Source: Terriglobales bacterium (lineage in GTDB: Bacteria; Acidobacteriota; Terriglobia; Terriglobales; Acidobacteriaceae). Taken from it: a stretch of DNA of 64,000 nt. Each line of letters begins with the position of its first letter. The stretch's first letter is position 1. Shown here one piece after another: positions 37,866 to 47,693 of this stretch. Both the position numbers and the translations under genes were made by a program. The DNA lies in contig DATFDP010000044.1 in the NCBI GenBank assembly GCA_035252015.1, positions 788 to 64,787 on the forward strand, written 5' to 3'. Under the pieces are notes generated by a model. That model had not been told where the DNA came from. It did no database searches and saw only the letters and a program-made list of their open reading frames with translations.

Positions 37866-38275
37866 TCTAGAACAACCGCTCAGAAGCTCTTATGCAAGCC
37901 AGGTTCCAAAAGCTGTCAGCTACTTTTCTTTTTCATATTGATTGAGCAGACGACAAGATCGAAGATCGGAGTCCTTCAGGAGAGGAAAATTATTTGCAGA
38001 TATATGCCATGTTTGTTATCCCTCCTACATCTGTAATGCGAATATATGCCGCGTCAGTTTCAAATCTTGCCTCGCCAATCCACGGCCTGAATTGACCTCG
38101 CTATCTGAGCTCAACCCTTTCTCCCCGCAATAAATTGCAGACCTATCGCACATCATTGCATAACACTCAACCCTGCTTCCTGGGGCACATCCTGCCATGC
38201 CGCTGCGTCACGGTTCGCGTTTGCGCCGCCGCATCCCGCCAACTCTATCGCTGGCAAGCTGCACGTGCTTTACCC

Positions 38276-39202
38276 TCAGGCCCCTGCTGCCGCCGCTTTC
38301 TGGCCAACCATCACCGCGTTCTGCATCTCTTCGAACAGGCTGCCGATGGCTGCTGGGGAGTGAGCTACGAAGATCGTGTTGCTCTTGTCCTGGGTGCCGA
38401 TTTCTTTCATCGTATCCAAATACTGGGTCACTAGCACCAGCATCATCACGTCGCGCGGCGTGGTGCCCTGGACGGCGGCGGAAAAGGCCTCTACCGATTG
38501 TTTTAATCCTTCGATGATCGCCTTCCTTTGATTAGCGATGCCCTGGCCCTGTAGCGCCTTACTCTCGGCTTCAGCTTCAGCCTGTTTCACTTTGAGGATT
38601 TTCTCGGTTTCGCCGCGCGCGGTAGCAGCAACCTGCTCGCGCTGTGCGGCATTGATTTCGTTCATCGCAGCCTTCACCTTTTCGTCAGGCTGAATGTCAG
38701 TGACCAACGCCTGGTCAATGGCGTACCCATATGTCTTCATTACGTCATCGAGCCCTTGCTTTATGGCGATGGCTATGTCGGACTGCTGCAGGAAAGCGTC
38801 ATCCAGGTTCATTTTGGGCACATGTCCCAGAATGACGTTGAACACGTAAGAGGAAATCTGCTGCCTGGGATTCGCCAGCTTGTAGAAAGCCTCGTAAACC
38901 TTATCCGGAATGACGTGGTACTGCACCGAAACCGGCATCTTGACGAAGACGTTGTCTTTGGTCTTGGTTTCGACATCGAGCGCCAGTTGTTGGACGCGGA
39001 GATCCATGCGCCCGGCAATCTGGTCGAGCCACGGCAATTTAAAATTGATGCCCGCGGTCCCCACGCGGAGGAACTTGCCCATGCGCTGGATCACAGCGGC
39101 TTCCGCGGTCCGCACCTGAAATAGTCCGCTCAGGAATGTGGCCAGCAGGAAAAGCACCACCATGCCATAGAAGATGAACTGCATAGTGTTGACAGCTTCC
39201 AT
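38276..39202 (-). CDS. SPFH/Band-7 (stomatin/prohibitin-like) membrane protein
   Basis: N-terminal TM (MQFIFYGMVVLFLLATFLSGL), then VRTAEAAVIQRMGKF...INFKLPWLDQIAGRMDLRVQQL and a coiled C-terminal region. ATG at 39202 has GGGAGG upstream; the ORF-track GTG is at 39214. Confidence 0.85.
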   Translation of the reverse strand: MEAVNTMQFIFYGMVVLFLLATFLSGLFQVRTAEAAVIQRMGKFLRVGTAGINFKLPWLDQIAGRMDLRVQQLALDVETKTKDNVFVKMPVSVQYHVIPDKVYEAFYKLANPRQQISSYVFNVILGHVPKMNLDDAFLQQSDIAIAIKQGLDDVMKTYGYAIDQALVTDIQPDEKVKAAMNEINAAQREQVAATARGETEKILKVKQAEAEAESKALQGQGIANQRKAIIEGLKQSVEAFSAAVQGTTPRDVMMLVLVTQYLDTMKEIGTQDKSNTIFVAHSPAAIGSLFEEMQNAVMVGQKAAAAGA

Positions 39203-39397
39203 AAATCCTCCCACCCCCGATTCCGGTTAAGCCGCGGCAGTGCGAACTCGGGGGATGGCCCGCATCATAGACACTCTCCCCGCGCTTCACAATTGATTTA
39301 TCGGCATCCGCGACTTAACAAGAGGAGGGTCTTTGCATCTGGCTTCGCTTTTTCGGGTACTTGGATCTGACCGCACTTTTAGGGTCTTTAGGAACCC

Positions 39398-40450
39398 TCA
39401 AAGTGGCCGGTAATTGCGGATCATTCCCGCCACCTGCTGCAGGGTGGCCACCGACTGTTCCGGAAGCTGACCTGTGGTGTCCGGCGAAAGATTCAGCAGC
39501 AGGTTGGCATTGCGGTCCATGCATTCGCGATAGGCCTCGGCGATTACCTCCGCCGGCTGCATTTCGAACCCCGGCCGCCAGAACCAGCTGCGCATGGGCG
39601 GCAAGGGTTTGAAGGGCGGGCCGCTGGGAATCCAGCTCTCCAAGGGCATGTAGTACTGCTTGCCCTCAAAAATGACGTGCGGATCATGGCCGCCGGCTGG
39701 CGGCAGGCAGTCTTCTCCGTTGATCACGTCGGTGGGCCAGCTCGCCGGCTCGCAAATTCGTCCCTGGTTGCGCTTGCTCTGGTAATAGGCCTGGTTCATC
39801 ACGATGATACAGTTCGGGCTGTAACCCTTGATCAGCCGGTACAGCTCCCAGCGCTGCTGCGCAGAAATCTTCCAGGTTATGTCGAGCAGCTGGTAGAAGG
39901 TATTGCGGTAGCGTGAGTGCAGTTCGGTCAGTTGCTGCTTAATGAGCGCGTAATACTTGTCTCCGATCGGCGCATTCCAGTCAAACTTGCCTTCGTTGTG
40001 CGGATCGAGAATGCAGTAGTAAAAGCCGGGCCGTAGTCCGTACTCGTGGCAGGCTGCGACAAACGCCGCCACCACGTCGGTCTTGTTGCCGCTGGCTGCC
40101 ACGTCATAGTCGTAGTTTTTGGAATCCCAAAGGCAGAAGCCTGACATGTGCTTAGCTGTGAGCACGGCATAGCGCGCGCCCAGATCACGGGCCACACGGA
40201 TCCATTGGCGGAGGTCCAGATGCGTGGGATTGTAAGTGGAGACTGGCGCCGAGCCGGTTTCGTAGTCGTTGCCGGTGAAAGTGTTCATGCTGAAGTGGTA
40301 GGAGACGCCGAAGCGCAAGCGCTCGTACTCGGCCAGCACTGGCGTGCGGTATGTGGCCGGGCCGATGTTCTCAGCTGCGAACAGAGGTGTGCGCAGCGCG
40401 AGCGCACCTGCAACTGTCGCCATACTTTTCAGGTACTCGCGTCGGTTCAT
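39398..40450 (-). CDS. Alpha-L-fucosidase (GH29), Tat signal
   Basis: MNRREYLKSMATVAGALALRTP leader. ARYAVLTAKHMSGFCLWDS and FYYCILD are GH29-type blocks. Confidence 0.8.
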   Translation of the reverse strand: MNRREYLKSMATVAGALALRTPLFAAENIGPATYRTPVLAEYERLRFGVSYHFSMNTFTGNDYETGSAPVSTYNPTHLDLRQWIRVARDLGARYAVLTAKHMSGFCLWDSKNYDYDVAASGNKTDVVAAFVAACHEYGLRPGFYYCILDPHNEGKFDWNAPIGDKYYALIKQQLTELHSRYRNTFYQLLDITWKISAQQRWELYRLIKGYSPNCIIVMNQAYYQSKRNQGRICEPASWPTDVINGEDCLPPAGGHDPHVIFEGKQYYMPLESWIPSGPPFKPLPPMRSWFWRPGFEMQPAEVIAEAYRECMDRNANLLLNLSPDTTGQLPEQSVATLQQVAGMIRNYRPL

Positions 40451-40625
40451 GAGTGCTTAGCAATTAACATGAGCAAAGGGCAACTGCCGGCCGCGATGAT
40501 CCAAGGTGGATCTCCAGTGCCGGGGATTTGCAATTGAGAAGGCACACAGCGCAGGCAGCGCAGGTCGCCATCCCAGGCCGGTCCTATTCCTGATGAACCG
40601 GCAAAAGCGCCCTCTCATCTAGAGA

Positions 40626-43600
40626 CTAAAACATCAGCTTCAAGCTGAACTGGATGTTGCGCGGGTCGTTGCGCGTGCCGAATACCTCGCCAAACGGGTA
40701 ATCGGGACCACAGTCCAGGCAGTTTCCTATATTGGCACTTTGAAAATAGTTGCCAAAGAATTCGCCGCCATAAACCGGGTGATTGAACGCATTCAGGAAT
40801 TCAGCTCGAAACTGCGCTTTGAATCGCTCCGGCCCGAAGGATTTGGCCACCGCAATGTCAACGTTCTTAGTTGCGCCCTCGCGCAACTGCGTCATGCGCT
40901 GCGGCTCATTTCCATAGGTGAAGTCAGCCGGCGCGGCAAAGGCGTTGACGTTGATCCAGTTGTTCGGGCCCTGGTTTGCTGGCTTTACGTCCCCCACGAC
41001 ATTCGGCATGCCCGGTCCCGGAAACCCGTACGCGCTAAGCGGATTGTTTTGATAGTACACCGGAAGCAAAGGTAGACCACTGGTCAGTCGAATAACCGAG
41101 GACACTTCCCAATTCCCCAGAATGTTATTCAGCACCGCTGGCGCGCCGCTGCCCCAGTGTTTGCCTCTCCCATAGGGCAGTTGGTAAACCAACGCGGTGG
41201 CGAAGCTGTGCGGAATATCATGCGTGCTGATGGCGTAATCGAGCTTGGTGTTATAGGCATCCCGCCACATATTTCCGATGGTCCAGCCAAGTAAATCCTC
41301 CGATCCGTTGTCGAGCGCTTTCGACCAGACATAAGTGGAGATCAGGCTGAGGCCATGAGAGAAGTGGTTCGTATATTTGACGTTGAGCGCATCGTAGGCT
41401 GAACTGGCGCCTGGCAAGGAGCGCGTCCATTGGAGGTAAGTAAATTCGGGGAACGGCCGGAGAAGTTGGTTGTAAGCCACCGTCGGACCGTTGATCCCGC
41501 CATTGGAATTGCTGATCACGCCAAAAAAGGGATTGGGAACAATACTGTCTAATTTCTTGCCCAGCGCCAAATCCTGGGTGGGCAACTGGTTGGCATCGAG
41601 ATTGGGGTTGCCATACATCAAGCGGCGGCCACGGTTGCCCATGTAACCCATTTCGAAAACGGAATTCTGGCTCACCTGGTACTGGAGGTCCATGCTCCAC
41701 TGTTCTGAGTAGCCAATTGGGTGCGGACCCTTCGGCCAAATCTGGCTTGCCCCGTCTCCCACCTGTGTCATGGCTCCTTGCGCGCTTCCGACAGGTGCTA
41801 TGAGTCCGCTGGGAAAGGGATTGCTGACGAGATTGGTGGGAATATAGCCTTCGCCGTCCACGGTTCCTACCCAATTGGTCGTGGACGAAAATCCTAAGAA
41901 TTCGCCCGGGGCATCGAAGCTGATCATGGCTGAGGCCGGTGCATAAAACAGGCCCGCACCTACGCGAGCGACGAGTTTATCCGTAACTTGGTAGGCGATT
42001 CCAAGGCGCGGCGCGAAATTAAGATTGTCAGGTTCCCAGGCATAACGATTGCCGCTGCTGGCGTATTCAAATGCTCCAGGCACGTTGTAGCCCAGAGCTG
42101 CACTGATCGGGTTCACCGCCTTCGTATCGAAGTACGTGAGCCGGTTGTAGCGTTCTGTAGCTGGCCTCTGATTCTCATATCGCAATCCAGCGGTAATGGT
42201 TAGGCGATCCCTGGCCCGCCACTGATCCTGAACGTAGGCGCCAAAAGTATGCAGACTCATGGCTGGGTTCATCAGGATGGGTGATGACCCACTGCCGGTG
42301 CCCAGCAACATAGATGCAATGGCGTCGCCGGTAACATCGGAACCGGTCTGCTGCGCTCGACAAGGGCCGCCAGGCTCTGGATCGCAGGACGTGAGAGCCC
42401 TGCCGAACTCAAAGTCGCCAGGGGTATCTTGCGTGTTGTTCATCAGAGCAACGTCGTAATTTCCTCCGAACTTCAAAGTGTGCCTAGACAGTTCCTTCGT
42501 AACATTTACGATGCCGGTAACGTTGCTGCGAACGTAACGATTCAGGCTCGAAAAGTCACTCCCCAGTGTGGAATAGTTGTCGGCGTGTACGATGGGCAGC
42601 AGAGGAGCTTGAAATAAGGACGGCGAAAGGCCAATCGTGCTCGCGTCCGCTTTACCGAGACCGATAGAGGTCTGTTCTTCGTGCCAGTGTCCATAAGCGG
42701 CATAAGAGTCTACGACCCAGGTTGCGCTGGGTGTAAAGGTATCGTTCAGCACCACCTGAAAGCCACGATCGTCATTGGTTGCGCCTTCATCCGCACCGTT
42801 GCAGAAGAAGCATGCCGGAGTGTTGTTCTGCCGAACCCGGTCAGACATGCGGGCAAACAGCCTATTCTTAGGGCTCTGCGCCCAGTCGACTCGCCAATCA
42901 AATTTGTCGTTTACCGTTGAACCGCTTCCTTGCGCGAAATAGTTTTGTGTGAGGCCCGGCAGGTTGGGCAAAGGATACAAGTTCATGATTTTTTGCCCCA
43001 CCGAGTTCCACAGATTCGAAGGAATTACGTTGCCAGGGAACGGATCGCGGGTGAAGGTGCCGTCGGGGAGCTGACGCGTTGTAAATGGGTTGTATATCGG
43101 ATAGGGCAAAGCGGAGAAATCGCCCTTGCGCTCGGCCGCGGTAGGAACGGTCAGGGGACCGCTGGAATCCGTTTCTGGCTGACGCAGACCTTCGTAGGCG
43201 ACAAAGAAAAACAGATTGTGGCTCTTCCATAGCGGACCGCCAAGAGTTCCGCCAAACTGATTGCGATGGAACAAACCCTTGGGTGCGCCGAACTTATCGT
43301 TCGACCAGGTGTTGGCATCCAGCGCAGAGTTGCGCATGTAGTCATAGACTTCCCCGTGGAAAGACTGACCGCCGCTCTTGGTGACCAGTGTGACTACGCC
43401 GGCGCCGGCGCGCTCGTACTGAGCATCGTACACATTCTGAACAATCTGCTGCTCCGACACAGAATCGTTGGTGGGAGCTACCAGGAGCCCACCCCAGTCC
43501 ACCGCGGTCGAGGGAGCGCCGTCTATGAGTATCTGCTCGTTGCCGCTTCGTCCCCCGTTGAGGCCGAAGGAACTGCCGTTCTGGTCGAAGCTGGTTGATC

Positions 43601-44129
43601 GGGAAGTCATGCCGCTTTGGGCTTCGGTGGTTCCCGCCAGCGCGAAAACAAAATTCAGTGGGTTACGATAACTATTGGGCAATGACTCGATAAGCCGCGA
43701 GTCCAAGGTGACCGACCGGTTGGCCGTCTGCGTGTCCACCAGAACGGCCTCGCCTGATACCTGAACGCTCTGCTCAATGGTGCCGACGGCGAGCGTAATG
43801 TTCACTGCCGCAGCGGTATTCGCACGTAGGATCATGTTGCTCTGAACGTACGATTTGAAGCCCGCAGCTTCCGCCTTTATCTCGTACGTTCCCGGAAGGA
43901 TATTGTCGAACTTGTACGATCCCCTGGCATTGGAAATGGCATCGCGGGAGTCGTTCGTATTCACGTTACGGAGATGAATCTTCGCTTGCTGAACCACGCC
44001 CCCACTGGGATCGGTCACCACGCCCGCTATGGACGCTGAAAACGTTTGCGCAAAACCGCTTTGCAGGAGGGCAGCCAGGAGACAAAAGGAAAGAACAAGC
44101 CAAAACATGACCTTCGATGGAATCCTCAT
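40626..44129 (-). CDS. TonB-dependent-receptor-like outer-membrane protein with N-terminal carboxypeptidase-regulatory-like domain
   Basis: Signal MRIPSKVMFWLVLSFCLLAALLQSGFAQ, then GVVTDPSGGVVQQAKIHLRN...GSYKFDNILPGTYEIKAEAAGFK. C-terminal ...QFSLKLMF. ATG at 44129 has AAGGAG 7 nt upstream. About 1,167 aa. Confidence 0.85.
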   Translation of the reverse strand: MRIPSKVMFWLVLSFCLLAALLQSGFAQTFSASIAGVVTDPSGGVVQQAKIHLRNVNTNDSRDAISNARGSYKFDNILPGTYEIKAEAAGFKSYVQSNMILRANTAAAVNITLAVGTIEQSVQVSGEAVLVDTQTANRSVTLDSRLIESLPNSYRNPLNFVFALAGTTEAQSGMTSRSTSFDQNGSSFGLNGGRSGNEQILIDGAPSTAVDWGGLLVAPTNDSVSEQQIVQNVYDAQYERAGAGVVTLVTKSGGQSFHGEVYDYMRNSALDANTWSNDKFGAPKGLFHRNQFGGTLGGPLWKSHNLFFFVAYEGLRQPETDSSGPLTVPTAAERKGDFSALPYPIYNPFTTRQLPDGTFTRDPFPGNVIPSNLWNSVGQKIMNLYPLPNLPGLTQNYFAQGSGSTVNDKFDWRVDWAQSPKNRLFARMSDRVRQNNTPACFFCNGADEGATNDDRGFQVVLNDTFTPSATWVVDSYAAYGHWHEEQTSIGLGKADASTIGLSPSLFQAPLLPIVHADNYSTLGSDFSSLNRYVRSNVTGIVNVTKELSRHTLKFGGNYDVALMNNTQDTPGDFEFGRALTSCDPEPGGPCRAQQTGSDVTGDAIASMLLGTGSGSSPILMNPAMSLHTFGAYVQDQWRARDRLTITAGLRYENQRPATERYNRLTYFDTKAVNPISAALGYNVPGAFEYASSGNRYAWEPDNLNFAPRLGIAYQVTDKLVARVGAGLFYAPASAMISFDAPGEFLGFSSTTNWVGTVDGEGYIPTNLVSNPFPSGLIAPVGSAQGAMTQVGDGASQIWPKGPHPIGYSEQWSMDLQYQVSQNSVFEMGYMGNRGRRLMYGNPNLDANQLPTQDLALGKKLDSIVPNPFFGVISNSNGGINGPTVAYNQLLRPFPEFTYLQWTRSLPGASSAYDALNVKYTNHFSHGLSLISTYVWSKALDNGSEDLLGWTIGNMWRDAYNTKLDYAISTHDIPHSFATALVYQLPYGRGKHWGSGAPAVLNNILGNWEVSSVIRLTSGLPLLPVYYQNNPLSAYGFPGPGMPNVVGDVKPANQGPNNWINVNAFAAPADFTYGNEPQRMTQLREGATKNVDIAVAKSFGPERFKAQFRAEFLNAFNHPVYGGEFFGNYFQSANIGNCLDCGPDYPFGEVFGTRNDPRNIQFSLKLMF

Positions 44130-44182
44130 ACCGACACTCCTTCGCCTCATTGCTCCTGACCAGCCAAGCAATTTAGCCTTAT

Positions 44183-44196
44183 CTAAAGCGTTTTAG
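44183..44196. promoter_or_regulatory. Candidate LacI-family operator CTAAAGCGTTTTAG (6 of 7 palindromic pairs, central CG)
   Basis: Read directly. It lies in the divergent TBDR/LacI intergenic region, about 54 nt upstream of the TBDR ATG. The shape matches the generic LacI-family AANCGNTT-type core. Confidence 0.35.
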
Positions 44197-44367
44197 GCAG
44201 CATGGACTTTGGCACTTGGAATGACTTCATGTCAAGTTCTTTTTCGGGAAATTTTTATACCTATGCCTCTCTCGCCGCGAGGCGCTCCCGCCGCGATTGG
44301 GTTAACGGATGATTGGAACAAGCACTGAGGACTCCGGCCCAGACGTTGTATACTACGCGGCATTCCT

Positions 44368-45444
44368 ATGCCGTCGGGCAAGAAGCGGATCAAGAGTCCT
44401 GGACAGCGGGTCACCCTCAAGTTCCTGGCGGAATACCTCGAATTATCCCCGACCACCGTTTCCTTCGTTTTGACTGGCTCTCCACTCGCCAGCACAATCG
44501 CCAAAAAAACCAGAGCACGCATCTGGGCCGCGGTAGAGAAATTTCAATATCGCCCGAATTTGTTCGCGCGCTATCTGCAAGCCAAACGAACCTACAACAT
44601 CGGAGTGCTGGTGCCGGAAATTGGCGATCAATTTTCCGCCATGCTGATCAGCGGCATCGAGTCAAAATTCGCCGAGGCAAAGTTCAACTACTTTGTCGAG
44701 AGCCATGGCTTTGCCCCCGAGCAGGTTGAAAACTACCCTGACGTGCTGATGGATCGCCAGGTCGAGGGCATGATTTTCATAAATACACCTTTAAAGAAGC
44801 CCATGCCCGTCCCCGTGGTTGCGATTTCAGACATTACCAGAGCGCTTGGCGTAACCCGGGTCGTAATCGACAACTATCAGATCATGCACGCGGGCATACG
44901 CCACCTCTGCGGCCTGGGCCATAAGCGCATCGCATTTTTTAAAGGCCCTGAACACAACGGCGACACGGAAGCGCGCTGGTCAGCCATCCTGAAGGTTACT
45001 GCCGAGTTGGGTGTAGCCGTGAAAGAAGAGCTTACCGCGACTATGGGCACTTATTTTGAAGCCAATAAATCCATGATGCAGCGCGGCTATCACGCGGGCA
45101 TGGCACTGTTACAACGCAGCCGCGACTTCACTGCCCTTATGGCCTTCAATGATGGCTCTGCCATTGGCGCAATCCGTGCCCTTCAGGACTGCGGACTCAC
45201 GGTTCCGGGCGACGTCTCAGTAGTGGGAGTGGATGACATTCATGTCGCTCAGTTCATCTCTCCCCGTTTGACCACCATACGCCAGCCGCTGAAGCAGATG
45301 GGCGAGATAGCCGCTTCCACGCTGTTGCGCCGCATTCATGGGGAAGATGTTCCTGAAGAAACTATCATCCAGCCGGAGCTTGTTATCCGGGAATCCACGG
45401 CCCGTGCTCGTACAGGTAACTCGAAAGCTGTCGCGCTCGCCTGA
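44368..45444 (+). CDS. LacI-family transcriptional regulator
   Basis: N-terminal HTH VTLKFLAEYLELSPTTVSFVLTG...RIWAAVEKFQYRPN, followed by a periplasmic-binding-protein-like sugar-binding core (VVGVDDI...LTTIRQP). Confidence 0.85.
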   Translation: MPSGKKRIKSPGQRVTLKFLAEYLELSPTTVSFVLTGSPLASTIAKKTRARIWAAVEKFQYRPNLFARYLQAKRTYNIGVLVPEIGDQFSAMLISGIESKFAEAKFNYFVESHGFAPEQVENYPDVLMDRQVEGMIFINTPLKKPMPVPVVAISDITRALGVTRVVIDNYQIMHAGIRHLCGLGHKRIAFFKGPEHNGDTEARWSAILKVTAELGVAVKEELTATMGTYFEANKSMMQRGYHAGMALLQRSRDFTALMAFNDGSAIGAIRALQDCGLTVPGDVSVVGVDDIHVAQFISPRLTTIRQPLKQMGEIAASTLLRRIHGEDVPEETIIQPELVIRESTARARTGNSKAVALA

Positions 45445-45467
45445 AAATCGCATCTTAACCGCATTCA

Positions 45468-46283
45468 CTACTTAAGTTCCCTGACCCAAATGTTCCGGAA
45501 GCTGATGGGTGGGCTGGGATCGCCATGCGCTTGCAGCAGAATGGGCGCCGTGTCGTACTTTTTGTAGGAAGGTTTGCCTATGTATAGGGTCTCGCCTTTC
45601 AGCTCAAAGTGATTCTGCACCAGCACGCGGTTAAAAAACACCGTCACATATGCCGGATTCTTCAGCGACCCATCGGCATTGAAAGTGGGCGCCGTCCAAA
45701 TCACATCGTACGTTTGCCACTCGCCCGGCTTGCGGCTCGGATTCACCAGCGGAATGCCCTGCTTATAGATGCTGCCGGCCTGGCCATTAACGTAGGTTGC
45801 GTTGTTGTAAGAATCAAGGATCTGCAATTCGTATCCGGAAGCGGGACTCGGGGCGGCGAGAAATACTCCACTGTTGCCTCGCGCCTGGCCGCTGCCCGTA
45901 ACGTTTTCGGGAATTCTCCATTCGATGTGGAGCTGATAATTTCGAAACTTTCTCCTCGTCTCGATGTCACCTGCCGCTTTATTTACGGTGACTACACCCC
46001 CTGCAACCACCCACTTCGCCGGCGAGTTGTCCTTGGCTGAGACCCACTCGTCCAGATCCTTGCCATTAAATAAAACGAGCGCGTCGGAAGGCGGTGCGCC
46101 ACACTCAGTTCCTGGGCGAACTATCCTGGGCACGGGTTTCCACACTTCCGTATCCTCCGGCTTAGGGGTGGCGCCCACCTTTCCTTGGCCAGCTTGGGGT
46201 GCGGCTGGCGCTGAAGCGCAAAGGCAGAGGCTGGCGAGAACGAAGATTATGATCGCAAGCAAAACTGAAGCTCGGTTCCACAT
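45468..46283 (-). CDS. DUF1080 (3-keto-disaccharide hydrolase family, PF06439) secreted protein
   Basis: Signal MWNRASVLLAIIIFVLASLCLCASA. LFNGKDLDEW, NYQLHIEWR, GNSGVF and the C-terminal ISFRNIWVRELK are typical DUF1080 blocks. The ATG at 46283 was checked in the sequence. Confidence 0.8.
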   Translation of the reverse strand: MWNRASVLLAIIIFVLASLCLCASAPAAPQAGQGKVGATPKPEDTEVWKPVPRIVRPGTECGAPPSDALVLFNGKDLDEWVSAKDNSPAKWVVAGGVVTVNKAAGDIETRRKFRNYQLHIEWRIPENVTGSGQARGNSGVFLAAPSPASGYELQILDSYNNATYVNGQAGSIYKQGIPLVNPSRKPGEWQTYDVIWTAPTFNADGSLKNPAYVTVFFNRVLVQNHFELKGETLYIGKPSYKKYDTAPILLQAHGDPSPPISFRNIWVRELK

Positions 46284-46425
46284 GCAGATGAGAATACACC
46301 GAACTCCATCCGCTTCGTGTGAGCGGAACTGAAACAGAGATGCTATACCTCTTGATTTCCAGGGTTGCACAAAAGATGAAAGTTGGTAGCATCTGTCCGA
46401 ACCACCGCAGTGGAGGTCATTTCGA

Positions 46426-47583
46426 ATGATCACTCGCCGCAACTTCCTCATTGCCACCGGAGTCACCGCCCTTGCCTCAACCCGAGTCTTCGGTGCCAAC
46501 GATACAATCCGCCTCGGCCTCATCGGCGCCGGTCAGCGGATGAACGTTCTACTCGATGCCGCGGAACAAGTTGGCCCTTATCAGATTGTGGCCGTGAGTG
46601 ACGTTTACGGGCCCAACCGCGATTCTGTTAAGGCGCGTTCCAACGGCATAGCGACCGCTCACCTGGAATACCGTGAAGTGCTTGAGCAGGATATTGACGC
46701 TGTGATCATCGCCTCTCCCGACCACTGGCATGTGAAGATGGCGTTAGACGCCCTGCAGGCGGGCAAGGACGTTTATTTGGAGAAGCCGGTCACACACAGT
46801 GTTGAGGAAGGGTCGGCCCTTATTCGCGCCGTCCGTTCCAGCAAACGGATTCTGCAAAGCGGTATGCAGCAGCGCAGTTGGACTCATTTCCGGGATGCCG
46901 TGGATCTGATTCAGGCAGGCAGTCTGGGCCGTGTGGCTCAGGTGCGAACCTATTGGTGGCAGAACTATCAAAAAGACTGGCCAACAAAACCTGTTGACCG
47001 GCAGGCGCTCGATTGGCAGCTATGGCTGGGTTCCGCACCAGACCAGCCTTACAGCGAAGAAAAATTCCTTCACTGGCGCTGGTTCTGGAATTTTGGTGGC
47101 GGCGCTATGACGGATTTGTTTACTCACTGGATTGATGTGGCACACTGGGCCATGAAAACCGACCGGCCACAACGGGCGCAGATGCTCGCCGATAAATATG
47201 TTTTCGATCGCTGGGATTGTCCCGACACGATTCAGGCGGCCCTTCGATATCCTGGTTTTGATGTCGTCTACGAGGGCATGATGAGTTCTTCGATTGACGA
47301 CGGCGGCCTGGAGTTCCGCGGCACGGATGCAACGCTGAAGCTCAATCGCGGCGGATTCACCGTTTACCGAGAAGCCGTCCCTAAGGACCAGAACCCTGTG
47401 CTCAGCGAGCGCAGCTACCGCGACGGCACCATTGATCACCTGCAAAACTTTTTTGACTGCATCAAGAGCCGCAAAGAGCCCAATGCGCCCGTCGAAACCG
47501 GGGCTGCGGCCGCCCGCGCCGGTCACATAGCTAATCTCGCTTATCACCGTGGCGGCCAAATTACGTGGTCGTTGAATTCATGA
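46426..47583 (+). CDS. Gfo/Idh/MocA-family oxidoreductase with Tat signal
   Basis: MITRRNFLIATGVTALASTRVFG leader, then a Rossmann region IRLGLIGAGQR and EKPV motif (DVYLEKPVTH). Confidence 0.85.
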   Translation: MITRRNFLIATGVTALASTRVFGANDTIRLGLIGAGQRMNVLLDAAEQVGPYQIVAVSDVYGPNRDSVKARSNGIATAHLEYREVLEQDIDAVIIASPDHWHVKMALDALQAGKDVYLEKPVTHSVEEGSALIRAVRSSKRILQSGMQQRSWTHFRDAVDLIQAGSLGRVAQVRTYWWQNYQKDWPTKPVDRQALDWQLWLGSAPDQPYSEEKFLHWRWFWNFGGGAMTDLFTHWIDVAHWAMKTDRPQRAQMLADKYVFDRWDCPDTIQAALRYPGFDVVYEGMMSSSIDDGGLEFRGTDATLKLNRGGFTVYREAVPKDQNPVLSERSYRDGTIDHLQNFFDCIKSRKEPNAPVETGAAAARAGHIANLAYHRGGQITWSLNS

Positions 47584-47693
47584 GCGGGCCAGGAGATTGG
47601 TAGGATATTTTCCTTATGCTGTTGCTCGCAATGTGGACTTAATTGTCTTTCCGCAAGTGAGGATTAGTCAGGCAAACAAATATTTCGTCGGGG

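Noticed and set aside
44210-44225. A perfect sigma-54 -24 element, TGGCAC, in the TBDR/LacI intergenic region.
   Set aside because: At the required spacing the -12 position reads GA rather than GC (tggcacttggaatga). No enhancer-binding protein gene is nearby.
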